A stretch of 56,342 nt of DNA, counting the filler, from Mitosporidium daphniae (taxonomy: Eukaryota), in the NCBI RefSeq assembly GCF_000760515.2. It is 2 parts of 2 records of this genome, joined end to end, with 100 filler letters (N's around TTAATTAATTAA, not from the genome) between each part and the next. Parts side by side here need not be neighbours in the genome. Positions count along the whole stretch, not along the records: positions 1 to 28,248 come from NW_013546163.1; 1 more part is not named here. One strand, given 5' to 3'. Positions 1 through 9,838 of the stretch are shown piece after piece (the first letter of the stretch is position 1; every line of letters begins with the position of its first letter). Position numbers and translations under genes: made by a program. The notes under the pieces were generated by a model. The model was not told the origin of the DNA. It worked only from the letters and a program-made list of their open reading frames with translations, and searched no databases.

Positions 1-1098
1 AGTTGAGCCCGCCGCTAGGCATCCATTTGTTGGTAAGCATTTTCATGTAATGGCCAGATAAATTGCTTTATGACCTCTCCGAGCTCAACTCCCAAATTGA
101 CGATTTTTTCTTTTCCAAATCTTCATCGCCATTTTTCTCAACCAATGCGCCAGTACTTCACATTTACTTTGAAAAGCTATGGATTGCAATTGGAAACAAT
201 TTGCTCGACTGCATGGCTGATGGATTCATTTCCATCACCAAAGTACCAATCCTATATGCTAACCCACCTATCTTAGTGCACCGTTGCCGGTAGAGCACTG
301 ATGGCGTTAGAAACGGAAGAAATTGCTTCCATCCTCAAGTCAAGAGGAGGTCCCTCAGCAATCCAAAGGCTTTCTCGCGTTCAAAGCGTTATCAAAAGCT
401 TCTACGTCGACAAGGTATGCACCTGCTAGTATTTCCACAGACAAAGTCCGAATATTTCTCAGCACAGACCACATCATCGAGCCTGTCCAGCAGATTGGGA
501 AAATTGTTGAAAAGCACCTCCAGGCGCACACCGGGGTTTCCCTGACATATTTATCACAGCCGGAATTGTAGTGTATATATAAAGCGCATTGATAATCAGG
601 CTTAGGATATATGCAACTTGCAGTAATAGTAGGCATGAGGCATCAACATTTCGTTGCAAAGTTAGCATTCAAGACTTGCATGGCGAGCCAAAAATCTTAT
701 TTTTGGCAATCTTGATGTTCGGCCCTGCAACCTTTGCCTTTTTGGTTTGATTAGGATGTAAGGCCCAAGTTTTCCTCCTCCAATCGACTTACCCGGAGTA
801 TCTATGCCTGTGTTATCACACGGTGGCTTGAGTGGGATTTTGCACCAGAATCTTGAGGTCAATCGACTTTTTATTGCGGCGCTAGCCATGATAATGTGAG
901 AGAGGAAGGGGTATAAGCAGAGTTTTCACATCGCCTATTTGAAAGTTTACCACAGAAGCATGAATAGCTGAAAATTACATCCCAGAGCGATATTGGCTTT
1001 CCTCCCGGAATCGGAGTCGCAGGCGAATCAACAACTAAAGCTGACGAAAAAAGCCAGTTAGCATTCTAACAAATGAGAACCTTTAAATGCCCATCAAA

Positions 1099-1191
1099 CT
1101 GGCCTTTTAAACCGGGCTTGCTGGCCTTTTAAACTGGGCTTGCTGGCCTTTTAAACCGGGCTTGCTGGCCTTGTAAACTGGGCTTGCTGGC
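1099..1191. repeat. 22-bp tandem repeat (CTGGCCTTTTAAACYGGGCTTG) x4 plus partial
   Basis: Four near-identical 22-nt units read directly from 1099; non-triplet length; lies outside any listed ORF. Confidence 0.9.
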
Positions 1192-1399
1192 TTCGTATGT
1201 TTGTACTGTTTGCGGATGCCGGAAACACAATGGAAAATGACCAATTAAATTGGGATGTAGTTTCTGGCTCCTCGTTTTTATTTTGTAACGGCTACTTGGC
1301 GTCCCGGATGCAACTTTAATTTGTGTTTTATTTGCTAACGTTTACCAAAAAAAGAAGCCGCTCTATTTACAAAGTATTGCGATAACCTAGGACAGACGG

Positions 1400-2914
1400 T
1401 TACTCAACTTTGCCTCTTATTTCAGATTCGTCTTTACTTATCATTCGAAACTCGGCGCGCACCCCATAAGAGTCAACCTCAACAGGGAAAAGCAGCGGAC
1501 AAGGAGGGCTAGAAAACGAACTAGAGCCGGAAATAATTTTTATAAAGGAGTCTCGCTCACTTTGATTTGGAAAGACGTACAGAGCACAGCCACCGCCTCC
1601 AGCCCCAGTTATTTTAGAAGCAAATGTGAATGAACCACTTTCATTTCCAAGCTTTTCAATTTGACCTCGTAATTTGATGAATTCTTCAGAATCAACATCC
1701 AGTCCATATGGATTTGAACACGATAAAAGCTCTTGATTTTTTGAAATAAGCTTGGCCAGACAAGCAAAGTCCAGGATCCCGTTTTCGGTTAAAAATAAAT
1801 CTAGCGCCCTCTCAACAACGCTACCAATCGAATCAATGACTGCGTCAAATGATGCAGCATCGGAGTCTTTAAACTGCTTGACCCTTGCAACCATATCGCG
1901 AGTATTCCGCGAAATTCCAGAATATAAAATTGCCATCGAAAATTTCAACGATGAAGACTGCAGCGAAAATTGGCGCACCGAGATGGATTGTTCCAAATGG
2001 TGACTATCCATGGCGAAAAATAAATTTTCATTGGGCTTTCTGGAAAAGCGGATTGATCCTCCAAGCGTGCAGATTAACGGATCCAACCCGGAAGATGTGC
2101 CATGAATTATGGTCTCAGAAATATTGGACCAGGTGAAAATGTCCCCATCACAAGATATTAGGGAGAAAACAGATGCCACCAAAGCAGCCCCAAATGAGGC
2201 GGATGATCCAAGGCCAGCCCCTACCGGAATTTGCGTAAAGGTATGAAAAAGAACAGCACCATCTTCTTCCACAAAAGGACAGAGAAAAACGGCAGAAAAG
2301 AATAAAATAGACATTATGCCTCCGTTAGGAAACAAATTGCCTTTTTTTACAAAGGACACCGGTTTTAACGACGAAAGCAGAATGTTTACGAGCGAAATAG
2401 ATTCCTGCTTCCAAAGACGGTAATCTGTCAGCGATGAATTCCTCTCAGTGCAAAAAATTTTCAACTCGTTATGCAGTGATTTCAAATCTTTCACACAGAT
2501 ATGGGCAATTGCCGATGCATCCACCTGGTTTGGAACCGTTCCGATGCCAAAGGCGAGCATCGGTTTGTAACCGTCAATTGATGCTGCGTGGGTTAAATTG
2601 GCCCTGTCTACATGAGTGCCAACTTCATAACAAGCATTCGACTTGACTTCTTTCCTTTGGTCAAAATCCCCGAGTTCAATGCCAGTATTCTGCTGTTCCC
2701 GGTATGGGTTACCCTTCTTGTCTTCATCAGCGACGTTGCTTTGCTTTCCGGAACACAACTCTGTCCGAACAACTGTCCGCAAGTTAAGTGAAGTGGCAAT
2801 CGCAGGCTATGCAGTTAGTGAAACCTCCCCCCACAATACCTTTCCATAAACCACAGAGTGCTCTCCAAATAGGATCACTTTGGCTGGTGCACTTGCTTCT
2901 GCAAATTTGGGCAT
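1400..2914 (-). CDS. ERG12: Mevalonate kinase (GHMP family); 33-nt intron 2807-2839
   Basis: Spliced N-terminus SAPAKVILFGEHSVVYGK|PAIATSL; PVGAGLGSSA, HGTSSGLD and KITGAGGGG motifs; intron has a CACTAAC branch site. Confidence 0.92.
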
Positions 2915-2996
2915 TTTGAACTTTTGGCGCGGCTGTATAATTAGCGGACGAAAAACTTAAATTTCGCAATTCGGATCAAAATATCGTGCGTTTGAG

Positions 2997-4041
2997 ATGG
3001 AGCGCAAAATCAAAGAGCCTTCTGACATGGCCCTTTGGTACGCATCGCCAGCCTATGGCGATATCACCGATTTCTTAAAATCTTGCAATACCCAGCTGGC
3101 GGGCAAGACCCTAAGTGCCCTTGCAACTTTCAAAGTATGTCAATATCCCGCTCTTCGTTTAGGAGCCCTCCATTCTTTCTCAATACTTTTCCATTTTGGA
3201 TGACATCAAAGGCCTTGCAGATTCAATTGCACTAGATCCGCCTTTGGCAACAAGATATGGAAATGCGGCATTCAGGCGCTTCATTTCAGCGGTCGAGTCA
3301 GATGTGCTACCAAAAATAGCGGATCTTGAACTGCGGACCTATCTGCTTGAAAGCTTTGGAAATCCACTCAGGATCGATTATGGCACTGGTCACGAACTCA
3401 TGTTTATTTGCTTTCTTACTATTCTTTGGAAACATCTCAACTTTGCGTATCAATCTAAGACGGCATCTGAGGATCAAATCCTGTTCCCCTGTACCAAGTC
3501 AGGAGATCAACTGTCGCTGATGGACAAGCCTTCTATCAAAGAAGCGCTTGACATGCTTCCGCTTCTTTTTTCCAGGTACCTGGAAATATGTCGCTGCATC
3601 CAACTTCGTTTTCGCTTGGAACCCGCAGGCTCACATGGTGTGTGGGGACTCGATGACTTTCAATTTATTCCATTTCTTTGGGGCTCTGCCCAGCTCATGA
3701 ATGAGGCTGAAGAATCTTCAATACCCCCGAGCGCCGCCGTTCCGAAAGATAGCCTCTCCATTGCCATGATAGAGGAGTTGAGTCAGGACTATTTCTACTT
3801 TGGCGCTATCAATTTTATTTGCACAGTAAGTCCCCTTCTTGCAGGCCAACTTTAGGTCAAACCTGTGGGGTTTTTCGCGCAGCACTCACAGATGGTGTAC
3901 AATATCTCAGGCCTGGATTCCTGGACAAAGATAAATAGTGGGTTGATGAAAATGTATTTCAAAGAAGTCTTGGGGAAGCTGCAAGTCGTTCGAATGATGC
4001 CTTTTGGCACGGAACTTTGTTGGCACAAGTCCTCGCCTTAG
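2997..4041 (+). CDS. PP2A phosphatase activator PTPA (Rrd1/Rrd2 family); introns 3135-3162 and 3826-3855
   Basis: RYGNAAFR, SFGNPLRIDYGTGHE and LEPAGSHGVWGLDDFQF motifs; last exon HSQMVYNISG...GLMKMYFKEVLGK is in frame after splicing. Confidence 0.92.
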
Positions 4042-4163
4042 TGATAAAATGTTGGCATGCAAATGTTAGCCAAGATATTTGCATCAGCACAATCAAAGGG
4101 ATAACTGGCAAAGCTATAAATATACCCCATAATGGATGGGCTACACAAGCTAAGGTTGCTGGA

Positions 4164-5870
4164 TTATTTATTAACATCGACCTGGTCTTTCTGGAGTATT
4201 GTCTCGATGTGACGTCCAGTTATCTGATGATACAACTCCTTGACATCTGCACACACAGACTCAAAATGACTCGATGAGTCGTAGGAGCGGGAGATGAAAA
4301 GATTTTGGGGGCAAGAGCTGTTCTTTGCCGGCACGCAATAATTGGAGATGAAGACAAAGCTACAATCAACTCAATGGTAGAGGCTTACCATTCCAGAACT
4401 GGACCAAGTAGTGCTAGCGCTGATGAGATTTCATCAATAGGGTCCAAGTGCTCCTGTTCCTGCAACGTGCTAATATAGGCAAGGAAAAAAGGAGACGGAG
4501 CCACACCATGTGCATGTGAAAGCACCGTTATATACATATCTAGCGATAACCCAAAGACATGGCCTACCTGATAGCCGAAGCAGCTCGCGCTGTGGGATGA
4601 TAATTTGTAACGAGTCAATACCCCCTGTGTGCGGCACTGGGCCAGGTAGGATACAAACGGCTCGAATGATTTTTGATTTTGTTTCCACAAATGAAGGAAA
4701 ATATGAAGGATCTCCGATCACTCCTCGCCTGCACTGAAACGTACCGATGGGAGAAGATAAATTTGCTGCTGGATGGCTGTTAGATGCTTCTTTTCCAGCA
4801 CCATTAGAATGTACTTCCACAGGAACGGTCCGCACCCCGGAAATAACCTGACCGTGCTCATTTGCTTGTTCAAGCAGCACAACGTCACCTACATTAAGCA
4901 TGTAGGTGCCTCCATGAACTGCGCCCAATCTGCGTGTGAGAATAACCCTCTCACCTTGCAAATGCCTGGGAAAGGTCGCCAAGACCGAAAAGTGGGTAAA
5001 TGAATGGAGATTTCCCAAATCTTGTTACCGAATTCATATAAAGAGCGATGGCATTGCATGTAGGAAGAGCCTCCCGTGTGAGATATCTATGCCATCAACG
5101 AACATCCTTACGAATCATCGCTTTGTAATGCTAGAGCGTGGCCAATAAAGTCCTGAGCGCTCCTAGCAAGCCCGTATTTTTCATAGAGGGCGGCCATCGA
5201 ATAAGTGGCTAGTTCTAAAAGTAAATGCAATGGTCAATAGCTGGAAAACATATAATAATTGGGCAACAACCAGAAAATGACATGCTCAGGTTGAAGAATA
5301 GGAAAATTGCCTACGAGAACATACTTTTTTTTTCTTCCTCTCCGTGCTCAGCAGAGGAGCTCCTCCGTATAAAGTCGAAAAACTTGTATGCTCGCCGCTT
5401 CTCGAACAATCCGAACAGGGGAGAGAGAACTGTTTCCATCTCCGTTGCAGGTACTTTGTATATGTGTCCATCACGATACACAAAGGCGCCATCGATTTGA
5501 CGAAACTCTAGGTATTTTGTCACCGTCGTCAAGGCTAGAATTTGTGCAAAATCGCCTGCTGCCATCAGAAGCTTGGGAACGGTGTCGATGTAATACTCGC
5601 GTGGAGGTCCAAGGAGGGCGCCCCCTTTTGCGGTGTACTTGGCAGGCAATTCGGCGTTCAACAATTTTTCATAAATCTAGAAAAGCATATAACGCAGTGT
5701 GCTACTTGGCCAATTGAGAGCGATGTACAGGCACCTCCGTAATATGAGTTGCGGTCAATATGGAGGATGCGATGGCCCTCCTTGGAAAGAAGGCTGCTTA
5801 TGATGCACTCTACCAATCCCGTTCCTAGTACGATATAGTCATATTGGTTCGTATCGCCATTCTGGGCCAT
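4164..5870 (-). CDS. GDI1: Rab GDP-dissociation inhibitor, multi-exon
   Basis: YDYIVLGTGLVECIISSLLS...HIDRNSYYGG; PKLLMAAG; RLGAVHGGTYMLN; IGDPSYF; SLQIIIPQ. Confidence 0.93.
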
Positions 5871-6022
5871 TAGCAACGTAAGTGTCAAACCATATGGAAG
5901 AATTGTAAAAAATTAAGGCAAAAAGTAAATTTTATTGGGCCGCAAATTCAATATAACCCGGTCTCCTCATATGACACGTGAGTCATGATACGCAGTGCGT
6001 CATTCATCTAGAAATAAGCAAG

Positions 6023-6097
6023 TATTTCAGAATATGCCAGCAGGCGGTTGAACCATGAATTGCTCTTAAGACCGTCGTGATAATAGTCATCATAATT
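6023..6097 (-). ncRNA. snR73: Box C/D snoRNA, snR73/SNORD35-like (LSU Cm2959, yeast numbering)
   Basis: C box ATGATGA 6093-6087 and D box CTGA 6030-6027. 12-nt antisense to LSU AGACCGUCGUGA (6069-6080). The +5 rule from a degenerate D' (AAGA) hits the C of AGAC. Confidence 0.8.
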
Positions 6098-6253
6098 GTA
6101 CTCACCTTTTACAAATGTACATGCACGGCTGGCAGTTCCGGAGAAACTCAGCTGACAGGCTCAATTGATATTTTGTGAGCTGGCTAAAGCACTCTCAAAG
6201 GAGATTATGCGATATGGGAAACGGTCTATTTTGCAAAGTATGAGGATTGCCTA

Positions 6254-6328
6254 AGTCTCAGCAAAAATACAACATCATGGAAATGAATCAGACATATGCT
6301 TGTCTCTTATTTTTTTCGTCATCAACTT
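6254..6328 (-). ncRNA. snR74: Box C/D snoRNA, snR74/SNORD27-like (18S Am28)
   Basis: C TGATGA 6324-6319, D' CTGA 6291-6288, C' ATGATGT, D CTGA 6261-6258. 14-nt antisense to 18S 5' end CAUAUGCUUGUCUC; +5 position is A28. Confidence 0.9.
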
Positions 6329-6368
6329 ACTAAAAGTAAGAAAGCTAGAAAGAAGGGATAATAGTTGT

Positions 6369-6444
6369 TTTGTCAGACAGCATGAATGGATATTGTGTTA
6401 TTTCATCATCATGAAATATGGCTCGTCATCTTGTCATCATTCAA
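6369..6444 (-). ncRNA. snR75: Box C/D snoRNA, snR75-like (LSU Gm2288)
   Basis: C ATGATGA 6440-6434 and D CTGA 6376-6373. Antisense to LSU CUCGUCAUCU (6422-6431; +5 is G from a degenerate D' CATA). A second 12-nt match to neighbouring LSU GCAUGAAUGGAU lies at 6380-6391. Confidence 0.85.
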
Positions 6445-6543
6445 ATGTGAAGAAAGAAACTTACCTTTAATTAGTAGCACACTACATAAGAACTGCTTGT
6501 GATGATGGGTTCCCAAAAGCTAACCCCAGGCAATTCTAAAATA

Positions 6544-6611
6544 AGACTCGGCCAAAAAGTATCATCAAATGAAATATCAGCACCCAGTGCTCAATTGTTG
6601 TACATCATTGT
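6544..6611 (-). ncRNA. snR76: Box C/D snoRNA, snR76/SNORD88-like (LSU Cm2197)
   Basis: C ATGATGT 6608-6602, D' CTGA 6580-6577, C' TGATGA 6567-6562, probable D CCGA 6551-6548. Antisense to LSU CCCAGUGCUC (6583-6592); +5 is C. Confidence 0.8.
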
Positions 6612-6656
6612 CTTACCTATAAGTAAGATGATGATGATGAGAATGGAAAATGATCG

Positions 6657-6737
6657 TATGTCAGAATAGCCGCAAAATTTCATCACTAATCAGCCGGTAA
6701 TTCCAGCGTATAACGTATGATAGCAATCATCATTCAC
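6657..6737 (-). ncRNA. snR77: Box C/D snoRNA, snR77/SNORD65-like (18S Um578)
   Basis: C ATGATGA 6733-6727, D' CTGA 6693-6690, C' GTGATGA, D CTGA 6664-6661. 13-nt antisense to 18S CGGUAAUUCCAGC; +5 is the U of GGU. Confidence 0.9.
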
Positions 6738-6784
6738 ACGAGAAAACGGGTAGGATTCATACCTAAGCATAAGGAAATGCAATC

Positions 6785-6858
6785 AAAGTCAGAATATAAA
6801 TGAAAATCACTAGATTCAGATACTCTAGTCCGAATATATATAGTTGTGCATCACTCCT
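6785..6858 (-). ncRNA. snR78: Box C/D snoRNA, snR78/SNORD52-like (LSU Um2421)
   Basis: C GTGATGC 6854-6848, D' CTGA 6819-6816, D CTGA 6792-6789. Antisense to LSU ACUCUAGU(CCGA) at 6822-6833; +5 is the U of GACU. Confidence 0.8.
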
Positions 6859-7101
6859 TGAATGATTCCTACCTTTGGTTTGATAAAAAATTAGTAATCT
6901 ACAACTCTTACATTAAAAATACCAGGGTCCTCACACAATGCTTAATTTAAATTTAAAATTTTAAAGTTTGATTGGTTTGGGGATGTTCCATTTTGAAATT
7001 TTTTTGATATTGCAATGCCCCAATTGGGTTAGTTATCCTCGAATAATATGCCGTTTTACTTTATTTAACCTTTTCCTTTCTAGTCACGCATAATTAAAGA
7101 A

Positions 7102-8737
7102 ATGGGAATCAGCTCGATTATTGAAGGTCAGGTGTACATGAAGGAGAGAAGGAGCTTTTTCCGCGAAAACTGGAACAAAAAATATCTTGTTCTCAGAGAA
7201 TCCACATTGGGCATACATAAGGACAAGAGCGATACAAATGCTGTCTTTGTACTGCTCCTAAACGACGTTATCAATATCGATCGGCGGTCAAATAGGCCCT
7301 ATTGTTTAGAGTTGCAATTGGCCAGCTTAAAGCGATCTATGATGTTTGCATTTGATTCTGAAGAAGAAATGGTTAAATGGATGAACTCTCTAAAAAAGGT
7401 TTGGCGTTTGAAATATTATCCGTGATTTACGCTATGCTTTTTCGATTGCTTTTCTTACCATCTTAGTATTGTTCAAAGCTGGCGTGTGTCTCTGGTCCCA
7501 CTTCGTTCCGCCACAACTTGCACATTGGGTTTGATCCGAATACAGGATCGTTTACGGGGCTCCCAGAGTCATGGAAGAGAATGCTGAAGGCCTCGAGCAT
7601 TACAAAGGAGGATATCGAATCGAACCCAGATGTAGGTCCATTGCATATTTATATGCCTTTGTCTAGGTCGTCTTAGATGTGCTTGAATTTTATACAAAAG
7701 AGCAACACGCGGATGCGCAAGCAGGCGTAGAAAAAGAGGAAAAGCCAAAGCCATCATCTCCAGATCTTCATATGAAATCTCCAGGTTCCTCGCCTGAATT
7801 TGACTCGACCCACGATTCCATGGTAAAGGTGCCAGTTGCCGACGAGCTCCCATATATGGTTGCTTTAAGGCAATTGTGCACCCCCGGAAATCCCGCCGAA
7901 ATTTACACAAAATTAAAGAGGATTGGCCAGGGTGCTTCTGGAGAAGTTTTTGTCGGCCAAGAGAAAAAAACCGGCGCCCTTGTGGCAATTAAGCAAATGG
8001 ATATGAGGTATCAACAAAAACCCGCGTTGATTATAAACGAGATTTCGATCCTCAAAGCCTCACACCATCCAAATATTGTCAACTACTTGGACAGTTATCT
8101 GATGGGGTCCCAGCTTTGGCTTATCATTGAATATATGGAAGGAGGGGCCCTTACAGAGCTTCTCGAGTATCGGGGCAATTTGGATGAGCCAGATATTGCC
8201 ACAATCTCAAATGAGATTATAAAAGGACTTCATCATCTCCACTCGCGTTCGATCATACATCGAGATATCAAAAGCGACAACATCCTACTTGGTGCTGGAG
8301 GACAGGTGAAAATCTCTGATTTTGGATTTTGTGCAGAACTTTCTGCAGATCGAAGGAAAAGGGCCACCATGGTAGGCACGCCCTATTGGATGGCGCCTGA
8401 AATAATCAAGCAAAAGAGGTATGATGCAAGTGTGGATGTCTGGTCACTCGGTATTATGATGATTGAAATGATAGAAGGAGAGCCGCCCTATCTTTCGGAG
8501 GAACCACTAAAGGCGCTCTATCTGATTGCTACCAATGGGAGCCCTACTTTGAGGCACCCTGAGCGAATGTCTGCCCCGCTGATACAATTTGTGGATTCCT
8601 GTTTGAAAGTTAATGTGGCTACTAGAGCAAAAACCCAGGATCTTCTTCGTCATCCATTTCTCGTAAAAAATTCACGCGACTCCAAAACGCTGATCCCTCT
8701 TTTTAGCTCAATAATTAAAGAAGGCCTAATTTCATGA
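7102..8737 (+). CDS. CLA4: Cla4-type PAK kinase (PH + CRIB + kinase); introns about 7399-7466 and 7632-7666
   Basis: PH-like exon (WNKKYLVLRE...KWMNSL); CRIB VSGPTSFRHNLHIGFDPNTGSFTGLPESW; kinase IGQGASG, HRDIKSDN, DFG and MVGTPYWMAPE. Confidence 0.9.
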
Positions 8738-9014
8738 ATTATTTTATTAATAAATTAACAACATGTATGTGTGTTTGCCACTTTGCGGGAAGGTTTGGCA
8801 ATTTGTAGCACAATGTTTGCTTCATTCTTTCTGTAAATTTTAACTTTTTCGGCATTAGAAAAGAAGCCAACTTTTGACTGTGCTCCTGTTCCAACGCTAA
8901 AAATGTGCCGCCATTAAACGTAAAAATAAAAATTTATCAAGACACAAGAAGGGTAGCGTTCGGTGGTATGTTAATGGCATTAATTTATCTGTGTTCCAAT
9001 TTATACAAACAGAA

Positions 9015-9432
9015 TTAGTAGGCGCTCAGAATATCCTGGCTATCTTCATCCCAATTCTCCGGGTCTACCTGTGCTGTAGGTTCCTCCTCAGTAGGGGGGG
9101 CGGGCGTTGGCTTGAGCGGCTTATTTGCTGCTGCAAAATCATCCATCCAATCGCTGTACACATCTATTGGCTGCGAAAGATCTACAATTAAAAATTCCAT
9201 CGATACAGGTAATCGGGGTCTTGTAGTCTGCCTGGCAAACTTTGCAAATCAGATGGCCAATGTTACGCTGGCGATCCCTACCAAAGTCAGTATGTGTGGA
9301 ATCTTACAGCTTGCAATCAACCGATTTTTCGTGGTTGCAAATAGGGCATGAGAACATCACATCTAGCTTGCGTTGGTTATTTCTTTTGGCGGCAGATGGA
9401 GGGGCCTTTCTTTTTACTTTTCTGCGGACCAT
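9015..9432 (-). CDS. ELF1: Transcription elongation factor Elf1; two small introns
   Basis: Basic N-terminus; FSCPICNHEKSV; CKVC; LSQPIDVYSDWMD. Confidence 0.9.
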
Positions 9433-9458
9433 TTTGGAAAAATTTGAAATTTAATGCA

Positions 9459-9797
9459 TTAAAATTTATTTAATTTATCCTCTAATAAAACCTTGCTTTC
9501 AAAGTATACCAGAGGGGTATGGCCATCAATGCGCGTCAGGTCCCATTTAAGAATTTTTTCAAATGTATCCAGGGACCTCATTTGCTCCCCGATGAGGTTT
9601 TGCAATGCCTCCTGTTGAGTGGAGCCATATTGCTCAAGGGTTTCGCATCTATCTGGCTCGGCATATAGTTTGATTGTATCCTTGCAGTTCAAGGCAAATC
9701 TTTTCCCCACTTGAGGGTCTCTAAATAGCTTGGAAATGCGCAATGCTCTCCGATAAAGAGAGAGCACCGTAAAACTCCGCATTGAGGGCGGATTCAT
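9459..9797 (-). CDS. LYR-motif mitochondrial protein
   Basis: VLSLYRRALRISKLF at the N-terminus of a 112-aa ORF. Confidence 0.65.
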   Translation of the reverse strand: MNPPSMRSFTVLSLYRRALRISKLFRDPQVGKRFALNCKDTIKLYAEPDRCETLEQYGSTQQEALQNLIGEQMRSLDTFEKILKWDLTRIDGHTPLVYFESKVLLEDKLNKF

Positions 9798-9838
9798 CGC
9801 TCCAGAATAAAAATATTTTACAATTTATAAATTTAAAA

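Larger units (their letters stand above)
5931..6940 (-). ncRNA. Non-coding snoRNA host gene with six snoRNA-bearing introns (ends approximate)
   Basis: No ORF. A 5' splice site precedes each snoRNA: GTAGGA 6872, GTATGA 6762, GTAAGA 6616, GTAAGT 6464, GTAAGT 6330, GTGAGT 6105. A YAG follows each. AATAAA on the minus strand at 5936-5931; AT-rich promoter-like tract at about 6940-6970. Confidence 0.72.

Noticed and set aside
6106..6250. Possible seventh snoRNA (snR72 or H/ACA) between the snR74-like and snR73-like units
   Set aside because: No box C on the minus strand. There is only a 9-nt rRNA-like match (GTGAGCTGG) and an ACATTT with no convincing H box or hairpins.
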